From an uncultured Lactobacillales bacterium (GTDB taxonomy: Bacteria; Pseudomonadota; Alphaproteobacteria; CAAHEQ01; UBA3637): a stretch of 48,258 nt of DNA. Below are positions 29,026 through 39,441 of this stretch, piece after piece (the stretch's first letter is position 1; every line of letters begins with the position of its first letter). The translations under genes were made by a program, and so were the position numbers. Location of the stretch: assembly GCA_964643615.1 (NCBI GenBank), contig CAZXTR010000004.1, positions 1 to 48,258 of the forward strand. The letters run 5' to 3'. The notes beneath the pieces are model-generated. The model made no database searches and was not told the origin of the DNA. It was given only the letters and a program-made list of their open reading frames with translations.

Positions 29026-29988
29026 TTACGAATAGTTTTTTGTATGTAGCACCATAAAATCTTTAATAGATTGAGTGTCATGAAGCATTAAAGCCTTTTT
29101 CCATTCTTTTGAAAGTGGTTGAGCGTGAAACAATCCGAACATTCTGCATTCAATGTATGATAGAGGAATGCCATTTTTTTGTTGCTCTTCAAGATAAGGT
29201 AACATTCTTTCAATAATTTCAAAGCGATTCAAAACTGGATGATTGTCTTCATAAAACAATGAATCGACCAAAGACAAAAAATAAGGATTAATATAGGCTG
29301 TTCGCCCAATCATTGCGCCGTCAACGAATTGAATTTGATGAGCAATATCTTCCACATTTGATATATTGCCATTAATGACGATAAATAAATGAGGCAAATC
29401 TTTTTTTAATTGATGAATGGCTGGGTAATTAAGTGGCAATTTTGTCCGATTTTCTTTTGGGGAAAATCTAGTCATTTTAACATTTCGGGCGTGAATAATA
29501 AATTTTTGACAACCTGCCTTAGATACCGTTTTCACAAAGTGATGGAGTTGTTCATAGGTATTTGTAGTCCCCTCTAACGCAATACGAGTTTTGACAGAGA
29601 CAGGAAGAGTGGTTTTTTTCTTTATCGCATATACACAATCGGCAAGTAGTTCGGGGTTACACATTAAGGAAGCCCCAAATGCTCCAGCTTGCACACGAGA
29701 TGATGGGCATCCGGCATTCAAGTTAATCTCTTTAAATCCCTGCTCTGTAGCTATATTTGCACATTTCATCAAAATGTCAGGAGAGCTTCCTCCGATTTGT
29801 AAGGCAAGGGGTTGTTCAAAAGAAAGAGGCTTTAAGGAATCTCTTAAAATAGGATTGTTTACAATAGCGCGTTCAGGAATCATCTCTGTATAAAATAGAG
29901 GATTCTTGCAAATAAGACGTAAAAAAAACCTAAAATGCCGATCCGTCCAATTAAGCATAGGCGCGATAGAAATTTCTTTTTGTATCAT
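29026..29988 (-). CDS. dusA: tRNA-dihydrouridine synthase (DusA-like)
   Basis: SIAPMLNWTDRHFR, NLNAGCPS, VSVKTRI, FSPKENR; start set at ATG 29988. Confidence 0.9.
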   Translation of the reverse strand: MIQKEISIAPMLNWTDRHFRFFLRLICKNPLFYTEMIPERAIVNNPILRDSLKPLSFEQPLALQIGGSSPDILMKCANIATEQGFKEINLNAGCPSSRVQAGAFGASLMCNPELLADCVYAIKKKTTLPVSVKTRIALEGTTNTYEQLHHFVKTVSKAGCQKFIIHARNVKMTRFSPKENRTKLPLNYPAIHQLKKDLPHLFIVINGNISNVEDIAHQIQFVDGAMIGRTAYINPYFLSLVDSLFYEDNHPVLNRFEIIERMLPYLEEQQKNGIPLSYIECRMFGLFHAQPLSKEWKKALMLHDTQSIKDFMVLHTKNYS

Positions 29989-30071
29989 TTTTACAAAGTA
30001 TATCAAAAAAATCTTTTTTAAAAGTATTTTTGTGCTATATTCATTCAAGGAATGAGAAAGGGGATAAACGT

Positions 30072-30290
30072 ATGCTCAAAAAAACAGAAATGCTACAATT
30101 GGAAAAATACTTCCAAAAACTTTTCAACACACAGGGAATTTATGTAAAAGAAGGAGCGTCGAAAGATGCTCCAGCCGAGCTCTATTGTGCAAGTGAATTC
30201 CTAGGTGTTATTTATAAAAATGAAGATGAAGGAGAAGTTTCTTACGACTTTCATTTAACTGTTTTGCCAGAAGATATTCAACAAAAATAA
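30072..30290 (+). CDS. DUF3126 family protein
   Basis: LEKYFQKLF...AELY..SEFLGVIYKNEDEGEVSYDFHLTVL resembles the alphaproteobacterial DUF3126 family. Confidence 0.8.
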   Translation: MLKKTEMLQLEKYFQKLFNTQGIYVKEGASKDAPAELYCASEFLGVIYKNEDEGEVSYDFHLTVLPEDIQQK

Positions 30291-30302
30291 CGGGAAAAAA
30301 TA

Positions 30303-32042
30303 ATGAGAAAAATTTTGTTGTCAACATTAGTTTATTTTTGTTTTTCCTTTACTTTGCAAGCACAACAAGTGGATATTTCAACTATATCAGAAAAAGAAGT
30401 TGTTGATGCATCTGTTAAAGTTATAACAGAGTCAACGTCACCTAACGTGTCTGTTGCTCCTCTCGTTGGCACAGAAGGGGAAAATACTCTTATAGGAAAA
30501 GCGATTAATCCTGTCGAGCTCCCTATAGTACAAACAACACCATTAACGTTAGAAAACAATTTTGTGGCAAATTTGCCAAGAGATGTTCAAAAAGAACAAA
30601 CTTTAATCAATTTGTATAAAAATGTCATATATGCTCCAGCATTGATTGATTTAACAAAGGATTTTAAATTTGAAAAAGACTTTGTTATTACGTCAATCGA
30701 AGGAGGATACGAGATTGAAGTGCCTCAGGCGTCTTTTTTCGTTGGGGAAGAAAAGATTTCTTTTCCTGCACAGAAAAGTGTACTTTCTATGGTTGAATCT
30801 AATGGTCTAACCTACCAAATTATGTGGAACGATTTATCGGGATATAAGCCACTTTTGGGATATCTAGCAAACCGTTCGAATATAAAAATGGATACTTTCC
30901 AAGCACAAGTAGATTTAAATCCATCGTTAAATTTTATTACAAAAGAATCAGCTTCTTCTTCTAATATAGTTTTTTCTGGAGTTTCTGAAGCACAAAAAAA
31001 TTCAGAATTGTTATCTATTAAAGGTATCTCTGCAGAGTCTTCCATTACACCAGATTTAGTAAGAAAGGAACTTGGCTATCTTGCGGAGTATAAAATAGAC
31101 AGATTAAAAGTAATATCTCCTTATGGTGAGGTAAGTTTCGACAATATGTTTTCCTTTGTCCAATGTTCGAATATACCGATAGATATATGGGAAGCGTGGA
31201 TGAAAATGAACCCTTCAATAGTGCCAGCTTTGAACGCCATTTTTTCTTTTAAGATTTCCAAATTAAAAATAGATTCTGTGTTTGTGCCGTTGTCCAAAAT
31301 TGTTTCGGATATTGAATTTTTCATCAATACGGTAAAAATAAATACATATGGAGATATAAGCCTTGACGCTCGTCTTATATGGGATATAACGAAAGAAGGA
31401 TCAACTCCGATAAAGCTTATTCCTGACACATTACTTCCCAAAAAGATAGTGGCAAACATCAATATCTCTGGAGTAAAGGGCGCACTTGTGACGGAGCTTA
31501 TTGCGTTACAGAAAAAAGACAAAGAAGTTAATGATTCTCTAGCAAAAGTTCAAGAAATAAATGGAGAACAAGTAACCACTTCAATGAGTCAAGGCCAAAA
31601 GGAAGAAGAAATAGCGCGAAAACTTTTAGAAACTCTTCAATTGACTATTAACGAATTGTATATTGAAAATGATAATTGGGATGTGTCTTTGGAAGGAATT
31701 TTTAAAGGTCGAAATTTATCGTTTAGGGGGCCATTAACCATTACGAACTTTGATTTTTTATCTAAAGAAACAGAAAAGTTTATGGCGCAAACGAACCCCG
31801 ATGGTACGGTAACACAATCTCCTTCTCTATTAGAAGTTTTGAGGCCTTATCTTGCTTCGGAGAGGCGTGGAAAAAATGCCAAGGGACTACCTATGGATAC
31901 ATTTGAATTACAAGCAAGTAATGAAGGGTTTTTGATTAATGGCTATTTGTTTGGGGAGCCAATTAATGATGAAAAAAAGCAGTCCTCTGGACAACAAGAA
32001 CTTGCTCCTGTCGTTGATGATGCAAGTCCAAAAAAGGAATAA
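30303..32042 (+). CDS. Large exported hypothetical protein, beta-rich, possibly YdgA/DUF945-like
   Basis: Signal peptide ending LQA; C-terminal G.LTITNFD.L ... FLINGYLF pattern. Confidence 0.7.
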   Translation: MRKILLSTLVYFCFSFTLQAQQVDISTISEKEVVDASVKVITESTSPNVSVAPLVGTEGENTLIGKAINPVELPIVQTTPLTLENNFVANLPRDVQKEQTLINLYKNVIYAPALIDLTKDFKFEKDFVITSIEGGYEIEVPQASFFVGEEKISFPAQKSVLSMVESNGLTYQIMWNDLSGYKPLLGYLANRSNIKMDTFQAQVDLNPSLNFITKESASSSNIVFSGVSEAQKNSELLSIKGISAESSITPDLVRKELGYLAEYKIDRLKVISPYGEVSFDNMFSFVQCSNIPIDIWEAWMKMNPSIVPALNAIFSFKISKLKIDSVFVPLSKIVSDIEFFINTVKINTYGDISLDARLIWDITKEGSTPIKLIPDTLLPKKIVANINISGVKGALVTELIALQKKDKEVNDSLAKVQEINGEQVTTSMSQGQKEEEIARKLLETLQLTINELYIENDNWDVSLEGIFKGRNLSFRGPLTITNFDFLSKETEKFMAQTNPDGTVTQSPSLLEVLRPYLASERRGKNAKGLPMDTFELQASNEGFLINGYLFGEPINDEKKQSSGQQELAPVVDDASPKKE

Positions 32043-32046
32043 TTTT

Positions 32047-32445
32047 GTGACGATTGATGAGATTGTTAAAACCTTTTCTTTTTTAGATGATTGGGAAGAA
32101 AAGTATAAGTATTTGATTGAGTTAGGAGATACTTTGCCTGTTTTCCCAGAAGATTTAAAACTCTCCAAAAATGAGGTTCAAGGCTGTATGAGCCGTGTTT
32201 GGATGATTTGTGATATAAAGGATGATAAATTCTTTTTTCGCGCAACAAGTGATGCATTGATAGTAAAAGGTTTAATTGCTTTAATCTTATCGACTTATAA
32301 CGGAAAAACAAAATCAGAAATTGGCGCTATTGAAATTCATGCTTTGTTTCAACAATTGGGGCTTGAAAGTCATCTATCCCCGATACGAAGAAACGGATTT
32401 TTTTCCATGATTGGCAAAATTCAAGAATATATTGAACAAAATTAG
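32047..32445 (+). CDS. sufE: Fe-S sulfur-acceptor protein SufE
   Basis: FLDDWEEKYKYLIELG, VQGCMSRVW, SDALIVKGL, LSPIRRNG; GTG start 32047. Confidence 0.95.
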   Translation: MTIDEIVKTFSFLDDWEEKYKYLIELGDTLPVFPEDLKLSKNEVQGCMSRVWMICDIKDDKFFFRATSDALIVKGLIALILSTYNGKTKSEIGAIEIHALFQQLGLESHLSPIRRNGFFSMIGKIQEYIEQN

Positions 32446-32900
32446 AGATGCCTAAATAGGTCAATTTGTCGCATAGCTTCTCCGCAAATTATGGCACAGG
32501 AAAGAGCGACGTTTAAAGACCTTTCTCCTTTTTTCATGGGAATTGTAATCCGAGCATCTACCTTTTCGTGAACTTCTGTAGGAACTCCACAACTTTCTCG
32601 CCCTATCAACAAAATGTCATCTTTTTCAAAATGAAAATTGAAATAGGGAATACTTCCTTTTGTGGTGCACAAAATGATGCGTCCTTTTGGCTTTGATATT
32701 AAAAAGTCATCCCAAGAATCATACCTTGTTAACAACGCTTTGGGCAAATAATCCATACCCGCCCTTTTTAATCCTTTGTCGTTTAATAATACAAAACCGC
32801 AAGGTTCTATGATATCAATTGGCAATCCAAAGCAAACAGCCATGCGTATTATTGTCCCTGTATTTTGAGGAATGTCGGGTTGATATAAAGCTATATGCAT
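32442..32900 (-). CDS. trmL: tRNA (cytidine34-2'-O)-methyltransferase
   Basis: IALYQPDIPQNTG, RAGMDY, GRESCGVP, RSLNVA. Confidence 0.95.
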   Translation of the reverse strand: MHIALYQPDIPQNTGTIIRMAVCFGLPIDIIEPCGFVLLNDKGLKRAGMDYLPKALLTRYDSWDDFLISKPKGRIILCTTKGSIPYFNFHFEKDDILLIGRESCGVPTEVHEKVDARITIPMKKGERSLNVALSCAIICGEAMRQIDLFRHL

Positions 32901-34096
32901 GAACAAACCTCAAACGATGCAAAACTGTTGCATGTGGGACAAATGGCATTCCAAGTATTCGTCATATGAGCACATTTCGAACAAGAATATAAAAAAGACG
33001 GATCCAACGTTTTCGCTTTTTCAGTCCATTCTTGTGCGACTTTCATGTTTTGTCGCGCTACTTGTTCATAGCTGGCCATCATTAAAGCTACTGGAGGAGT
33101 TAATGAAAAAGCCCGTAAGTAATCATCTAATTCTTTTTTCATTTGCCCCCACAATTTTGCCCTATAAGAACTGTCTGCCAACACTAGATAACCCACTCTT
33201 GTTCTAAGGGCATTTTTGTGTACCATCTTTTCAATTTTTTTATGAAAAGCAAGAGGATTATCTTTTTCATGTAATTTTTGATAAGCTTCATAAATTGAAA
33301 ATGATGGAGCCGCTTCCCACGCTTTTATTAAGATAGATTCAGCCTTATGAGGTTTTTCTTGTGTTGCAGATATTGCAATTTTTGAAATCCAAGGAGCTTC
33401 TTTAAATGCTTTATATAGAGAACCTAACTCCGATAATAAAATCGCCTTTTGGGTGGAATAAACATGTTCATCTAAAAAATTTATTTTGTCTAGTAATTCT
33501 AATGTTTTTAAAGCTTCCTTCCATTTTGAATCCATGATTTGTAATTGCAAAGTGTTTTGAAGTAATTGAGGGACTTTCTTGTATTTTAGACATGCTTTTT
33601 CGCACAATGCAAGTGCATCTACAATATCGCCGTTGTTTTTATATTGTTGAATTAATCCTAGCCATCCAACCAATTCTGTATCGGCTTTTTCAGTTAGTGC
33701 GCGATAGATGGATTCGGAGGGGATAAATAATGCTTTTAATAATAAGTTTGTTGAAGAATTAGAGGAAAAAAGTTGATTGATTTTTGTGACTATTGTTATT
33801 TTGTTTTGGATGTCATGTATGGCGATAGCCTTTAATATTTGTTGCAATAAAACTTCTTTTTTCCTTTCTTTTTTAGAAAGTAAAAAGCTTCTTATCCAAC
33901 GGACAAAAAGGATAGGCCAGCGCAAAACGTAAAAAACAATAAATAAGGTTGTTAAAAACCAAAAAACAATAGTAACAGATGCTGTTAATTCGTACCCTAA
34001 CCATGAAACATGAATGCTCCCTGGATATTTTGAAACAACAAAGGCTATGCAACCAAAACAAATACAAAAAAGTAAAAAAGTAAGAAGCTCTTTCAT
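32891..34096 (-). CDS. HemY-like (Orf52) membrane TPR protein with C-terminal zinc ribbon
   Basis: Two N-terminal TMs with PGSIHVSWLGYEL, helical repeats, CSKC...CPTC. Confidence 0.8.
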   Translation of the reverse strand: MKELLTFLLFCICFGCIAFVVSKYPGSIHVSWLGYELTASVTIVFWFLTTLFIVFYVLRWPILFVRWIRSFLLSKKERKKEVLLQQILKAIAIHDIQNKITIVTKINQLFSSNSSTNLLLKALFIPSESIYRALTEKADTELVGWLGLIQQYKNNGDIVDALALCEKACLKYKKVPQLLQNTLQLQIMDSKWKEALKTLELLDKINFLDEHVYSTQKAILLSELGSLYKAFKEAPWISKIAISATQEKPHKAESILIKAWEAAPSFSIYEAYQKLHEKDNPLAFHKKIEKMVHKNALRTRVGYLVLADSSYRAKLWGQMKKELDDYLRAFSLTPPVALMMASYEQVARQNMKVAQEWTEKAKTLDPSFLYSCSKCAHMTNTWNAICPTCNSFASFEVCSCI

Positions 34097-34995
34097 TATT
34101 TTTCTCCTTGGCTATACTCGATTGTCTCGATTAAACTTTCCACCTTAACGTGTGCTTGAGCTTGTGCAATAAATTCATCTAACAACATAATTTGTTGAGG
34201 AGGTAAGAAAGATATAGTATGTAGTGCTTGTTGTATATGACCCGCCTTGATTTCGTCCTGAGCTTTATAAACTATTTCGAAACCCTGAACTGTATCGTCA
34301 AAATGAGAAGGGCGAAATTGCAATTGTGTTTTGATGAATAAACGCAAATCTTTTATCCACCCAGCATTTCCCTTTTTATCATAAAAAGAATAAATAAGAT
34401 GAGGCATGCGCTGTTCGTATAAGGCTAATAACTCATCAATAGTTAAAATACCGCTTGTCATAAAAGTTCTTAATTCTTGGTGGACGAGAAGGGCAAATGG
34501 GCTTTGATTATCTAGTGCATTTAATTTTTGCCACTCTTGTTGAAAAGGTTTTCCTTGCAGGATTTTTTGATAAAGTGTTAAAGAAGCAAATACAATCGAA
34601 TTCGATGCCTCCTTAAAAGAAGAGGGAAATTCCTTTTGGATAGACATAGGAGTTTCCTCTGAACTCTTTTCATTGGATTCAATAGCTAGCTTTGTTAATA
34701 ATGGCTCATTTATAGAGATTTTTTGAATGGGAACTAGTGGATAATCTTGAACTATATGAAGGGGGGAGGGTCTTTTTGTGGAGTAAGTAACCGGAGGATG
34801 TTGAGGCCCATAATTAAAAATTGTATAGACATAAAGGACAAAGATAGATAGCATTACAATAATTAAAGTGATAAAAGTGCGCTTAAATGAAAGGGAAGAG
34901 GATTTTTTCTTTTTTGGAGGTAGCAACGGAACTTGTTCCTGTGAAAGGCTAGGACTTGGGATATCTTTTTTTAAATCAAGATGTTGTGGGGTCAT
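34096..34995 (-). CDS. COG4223 / mitofilin-domain (alphaMic60-like) protein
   Basis: Single N-terminal TM; C-terminal KAQDEIKAGHIQQAL...LP...DEFIAQAQAH pattern; directly upstream of the HemY-like gene. Confidence 0.65.
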   Translation of the reverse strand: MTPQHLDLKKDIPSPSLSQEQVPLLPPKKKKSSSLSFKRTFITLIIVMLSIFVLYVYTIFNYGPQHPPVTYSTKRPSPLHIVQDYPLVPIQKISINEPLLTKLAIESNEKSSEETPMSIQKEFPSSFKEASNSIVFASLTLYQKILQGKPFQQEWQKLNALDNQSPFALLVHQELRTFMTSGILTIDELLALYEQRMPHLIYSFYDKKGNAGWIKDLRLFIKTQLQFRPSHFDDTVQGFEIVYKAQDEIKAGHIQQALHTISFLPPQQIMLLDEFIAQAQAHVKVESLIETIEYSQGEK

Positions 34996-35110
34996 TTTTT
35001 CATTTTCTCCTAACTTATTTGCTTGACTTTAACATACGCTTTGTAAAAAAGAAAGTTTTTGATTAAAAACTTCAAAAAAAAATTGTGTTTGTTTTTTTTA
35101 TAGTGTATGA

Positions 35111-36202
<1,092 letters not shown>

Positions 36203-36217
36203 GATAGGGAGCGACCT

Positions 36218-37081
36218 ATGAGGGATAGGTTTGGTCGCATTCGGGCCATTAAGCTTTTTTTACGTCGCTTTGGTGTTTACCTTTATTTATTATTAGCCAT
36301 AGGATTAATTTTATTAGGGCTATCAAAACATCCCATTATCGAAAAGACACGAGCGATTGTCTTTGACACAGCGTCTCAGACGGTTGTGCTTTTGTATAAA
36401 CCTTTTCAAGGTTTAGGATATTTAAGTGAATACGTTTCTGATTTTTGGGAAATGCATGATAAAGTTATAGCTTTAAAAGAAGAAAATGGAAAATTGTTGT
36501 ATTGGGTAAATCGTGCACAACAATTAAAACAAGAAAACGATTTGTTAAAAAAGGAATTGAACTTCGTTATTCCTCAATCTGGGAAATCTTTAACTGCCTA
36601 TATTGTAGCATCAAACGGGGGTACTTTTTCTCGTTCTGTTTTGCTACAAGCAGGCGAAAAAGATGGTGTTAAAAAAGGCTTTGTAGCGCTTTACAATGCT
36701 GGATTGTTGGGTCGCATAGTTTCTACAGGCGAATGCTCGTCTCAATTGTTATTGTTGACAGACGATGCATCTCGAGTTCCTGTTATTATTGGAGATAAAA
36801 GGCATCTTGGAATTGTTGCGGGTAATAATACGCCCATACTTAAATTGATTTTGTTATCTCAAGGGGCGGATATTCATATTGGGGATTATGTTGTCACTTC
36901 TGGGCATGCAGGTATTTATCCTTTAGGGTTGGCTGTTGGGACGGTTTCAAAGGTGGCTAAAGACGACATAGAGGTAACCCCTTTTATTTCCAGAGAGCAA
37001 GTTGACTTCGTTCGATTGGTCGATTTTGGGATTGCTGGCGTATTGCCAGATATTTATAACGACGAAGACAAGAGGCAATGA
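36218..37081 (+). CDS. mreC: Rod shape-determining protein MreC
   Basis: TM plus coiled coil, GLLGRIV, LLTDDASRVPV, VTSGHAGIYP. Confidence 0.95.
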   Translation: MRDRFGRIRAIKLFLRRFGVYLYLLLAIGLILLGLSKHPIIEKTRAIVFDTASQTVVLLYKPFQGLGYLSEYVSDFWEMHDKVIALKEENGKLLYWVNRAQQLKQENDLLKKELNFVIPQSGKSLTAYIVASNGGTFSRSVLLQAGEKDGVKKGFVALYNAGLLGRIVSTGECSSQLLLLTDDASRVPVIIGDKRHLGIVAGNNTPILKLILLSQGADIHIGDYVVTSGHAGIYPLGLAVGTVSKVAKDDIEVTPFISREQVDFVRLVDFGIAGVLPDIYNDEDKRQ

Positions 37082-37602
37082 TGAAATATGAAAATTTGTT
37101 ATCCAACAGTATTTTCTTTTTAAAACAAGCCGCTCCTTTTTTAATTTCTTTAGGATTCCTTTTTTTGGGGCTTTTCCCGTTTCGTTTTTCTTTTATGATG
37201 GATTTATATATTCCATTTATCTATGTGTCTTTGTTTTGTTGGTTGATTTTACGTCCTGATTTATTGCCACCACTATGTATTTTTATTTTGGGTGTATTGT
37301 CGGATTTAATGTATGCAAATCCGTTAGGATTTCACACATTTATCTTTATGTTTTTTTATTTAGTTGTTTTTACTCAGCGCCGATTTTTAATAGGGCATTC
37401 TTTCCTTTTTTTGTGGGTAGCTTTTGCGGTTTTAATGGGCCCGATGTTTTGTTTGCAATGGGGGTTGGCATCATTAATCAGTATGCAATGGATGTCCTTT
37501 AAATTAATCATGGGACAGTATTTATTATCGATAGGATTTTACCCGTTGGTAGCATGGCTATGTTCTAAAACATACAGTTTTTATACGGATGAGTTTTTAT
37601 GA
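37078..37602 (+). CDS. mreD: Rod shape-determining protein MreD
   Basis: Hydrophobic; WLILRPDLLP, GVLSDL, PLG; position in the operon. Confidence 0.9.
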   Translation: MMKYENLLSNSIFFLKQAAPFLISLGFLFLGLFPFRFSFMMDLYIPFIYVSLFCWLILRPDLLPPLCIFILGVLSDLMYANPLGFHTFIFMFFYLVVFTQRRFLIGHSFLFLWVAFAVLMGPMFCLQWGLASLISMQWMSFKLIMGQYLLSIGFYPLVAWLCSKTYSFYTDEFL

Positions 37603-39440
37603 GTTGGCAAGCAGATGGTATCAAAAAGATTTGGTGGAGAACTATTGCATTAGGTGGCATTTTAATTGCATGCGCATTTGTTTTGTGGGCACGCATGTTT
37701 TACTTGCAAATTATCGAATCTGAAAAATATAAAATGTTGGCTGATAAAAATCGTATTGCGATAAGGTTTTTGCAACCTCCTAGGGGGCTTATATATGACT
37801 TTAATGGTATGGCACTTGTTTTTAATAGGAATTCTTTTCGTGCTGTAATTACTGCTGAAGATACGAATGGAAAGTTGAAAGAAACGCTAGACAAGTTTTC
37901 TTTTCTTGTCCCTATAAATGAAGAAGAGCGGGCAAGAATTTTAAAAGAAATTACTCAAAAAAAAGCATTTGTTCCAGTTCGCATTAGGGATGATTTAAGT
38001 TTTGAAGAAATGTCATCTATCCAATTGAATATCCCAGATTTGCCAGGAGTTGCGATTGAAGATAGTTTAATGCGGACATATCCACAAGGCAATATAGGCG
38101 CGCATGTTTTAGGGTATGTTTCTTTCCCAAAAGAAGTTGATTTTACCGCTTCTACGAACATTCAAAAAATGCCAGATGTTCGAGTTGGCCAAATAGGGAT
38201 AGAGCAATTTTACGAGCGGCAACTTTATGGTGCAACGGGAATAAAAAAGATGGAAACAAATGCTGTCGGTCGAGAAGTTCGTGAATTAGAGAAAGTTTCA
38301 CCACGAGCAGGTGAAGATTTGAAATTGACTTTAGATTCCAGATTCCAAGAAATTGGCTATAATGCGATGGGAGAAGAATCAGGGGCTGCTATTTTATTAG
38401 AAGTTGAAACAGGACAAGTAAAAATGATGATTTCAATGCCATCATTTGATCCGAATTTATTTAATGCTCCGATTGATGTTTTAACGTGGAATGAACTTAA
38501 TAATAACGAAAAACATCCGTTAGTGAATAAAGCCATTTCAGGATTATATTCTCCTGGGTCTATTTTCAAAATCGTTGTAGCATTGGCAGCATTAGAAGCA
38601 GGAGTTATTACGGAAAACACAAAAGTTCAGTGTGAGGGTAAAATTTTTGTAGGGGATCATCAGTTCCATTGTTGGCGCAAAAATGGACATGGAGTTTTAA
38701 GTTTAAAAGAAGCTATGCAACATTCATGTGACGTTTATTTTTATCAAGTCGCATCCAAAGTTGGGATGGATAGAATCATAGATATGGCATCTCGGTTGGG
38801 GTTCGGAGAAAAGACGGGCATTGATTTAGTTGGAGAAAAAGATGGATTATTACCAACAAGAGCGTGGAAAGAAGGACGATACAATGAACCTTGGCGTCCT
38901 GGAGATACAATGAACTTAGGTATAGGGCAAGGCTATTTGCAAGCAACTCCTTTACAAATGGTGGTGATGATGGCGCGTGTTGCAAATAAAAAATATAAAG
39001 TAAAGCCGTCCCTTGTACAAAACGATGGCAAAGCTGTTGATGTAGAGCCCTTGGAAATTAAAGCGTATTATTTAAATTTAGTGCTTGATGGTTTGTCTGC
39101 CGTTGTGAATGAAAAGGGAGGCACTGCATTTCATGCGCGTTTTGACGTTGATGGTGAAAAAATGGGAGGGAAAACGGCAAGTACGCAAATTCGCCGTATT
39201 TCTCTTAAAGAAAGGGAAGAAGGAATTAAACCTCAAAACGAATTGCCTTGGAAGGAGCGTGACCATGCTTTTTTTGTCGCTTATGCTCCATTGGAAAATC
39301 CAAGATATGCTTTGATTGTTGCAGTAGAGCATGGAGGAGGAGGAAGTTCTTCAGCGGCCCCAATTGCAAAAAACATTATGAAAAAAGTATTAGAGTTAGA
39401 TAAACAAAAAAGTCAAGGTATCCAAGAAAAGGATTTATAA
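37599..39440 (+). CDS. mrdA: Penicillin-binding protein 2
   Basis: PPRGLIYD, YSPGSIFK (SxxK), SCDVYFY, HAFFVAYAP. Confidence 0.97.
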   Translation: MSWQADGIKKIWWRTIALGGILIACAFVLWARMFYLQIIESEKYKMLADKNRIAIRFLQPPRGLIYDFNGMALVFNRNSFRAVITAEDTNGKLKETLDKFSFLVPINEEERARILKEITQKKAFVPVRIRDDLSFEEMSSIQLNIPDLPGVAIEDSLMRTYPQGNIGAHVLGYVSFPKEVDFTASTNIQKMPDVRVGQIGIEQFYERQLYGATGIKKMETNAVGREVRELEKVSPRAGEDLKLTLDSRFQEIGYNAMGEESGAAILLEVETGQVKMMISMPSFDPNLFNAPIDVLTWNELNNNEKHPLVNKAISGLYSPGSIFKIVVALAALEAGVITENTKVQCEGKIFVGDHQFHCWRKNGHGVLSLKEAMQHSCDVYFYQVASKVGMDRIIDMASRLGFGEKTGIDLVGEKDGLLPTRAWKEGRYNEPWRPGDTMNLGIGQGYLQATPLQMVVMMARVANKKYKVKPSLVQNDGKAVDVEPLEIKAYYLNLVLDGLSAVVNEKGGTAFHARFDVDGEKMGGKTASTQIRRISLKEREEGIKPQNELPWKERDHAFFVAYAPLENPRYALIVAVEHGGGGSSSAAPIAKNIMKKVLELDKQKSQGIQEKDL

Positions 39441-39441
39441 A

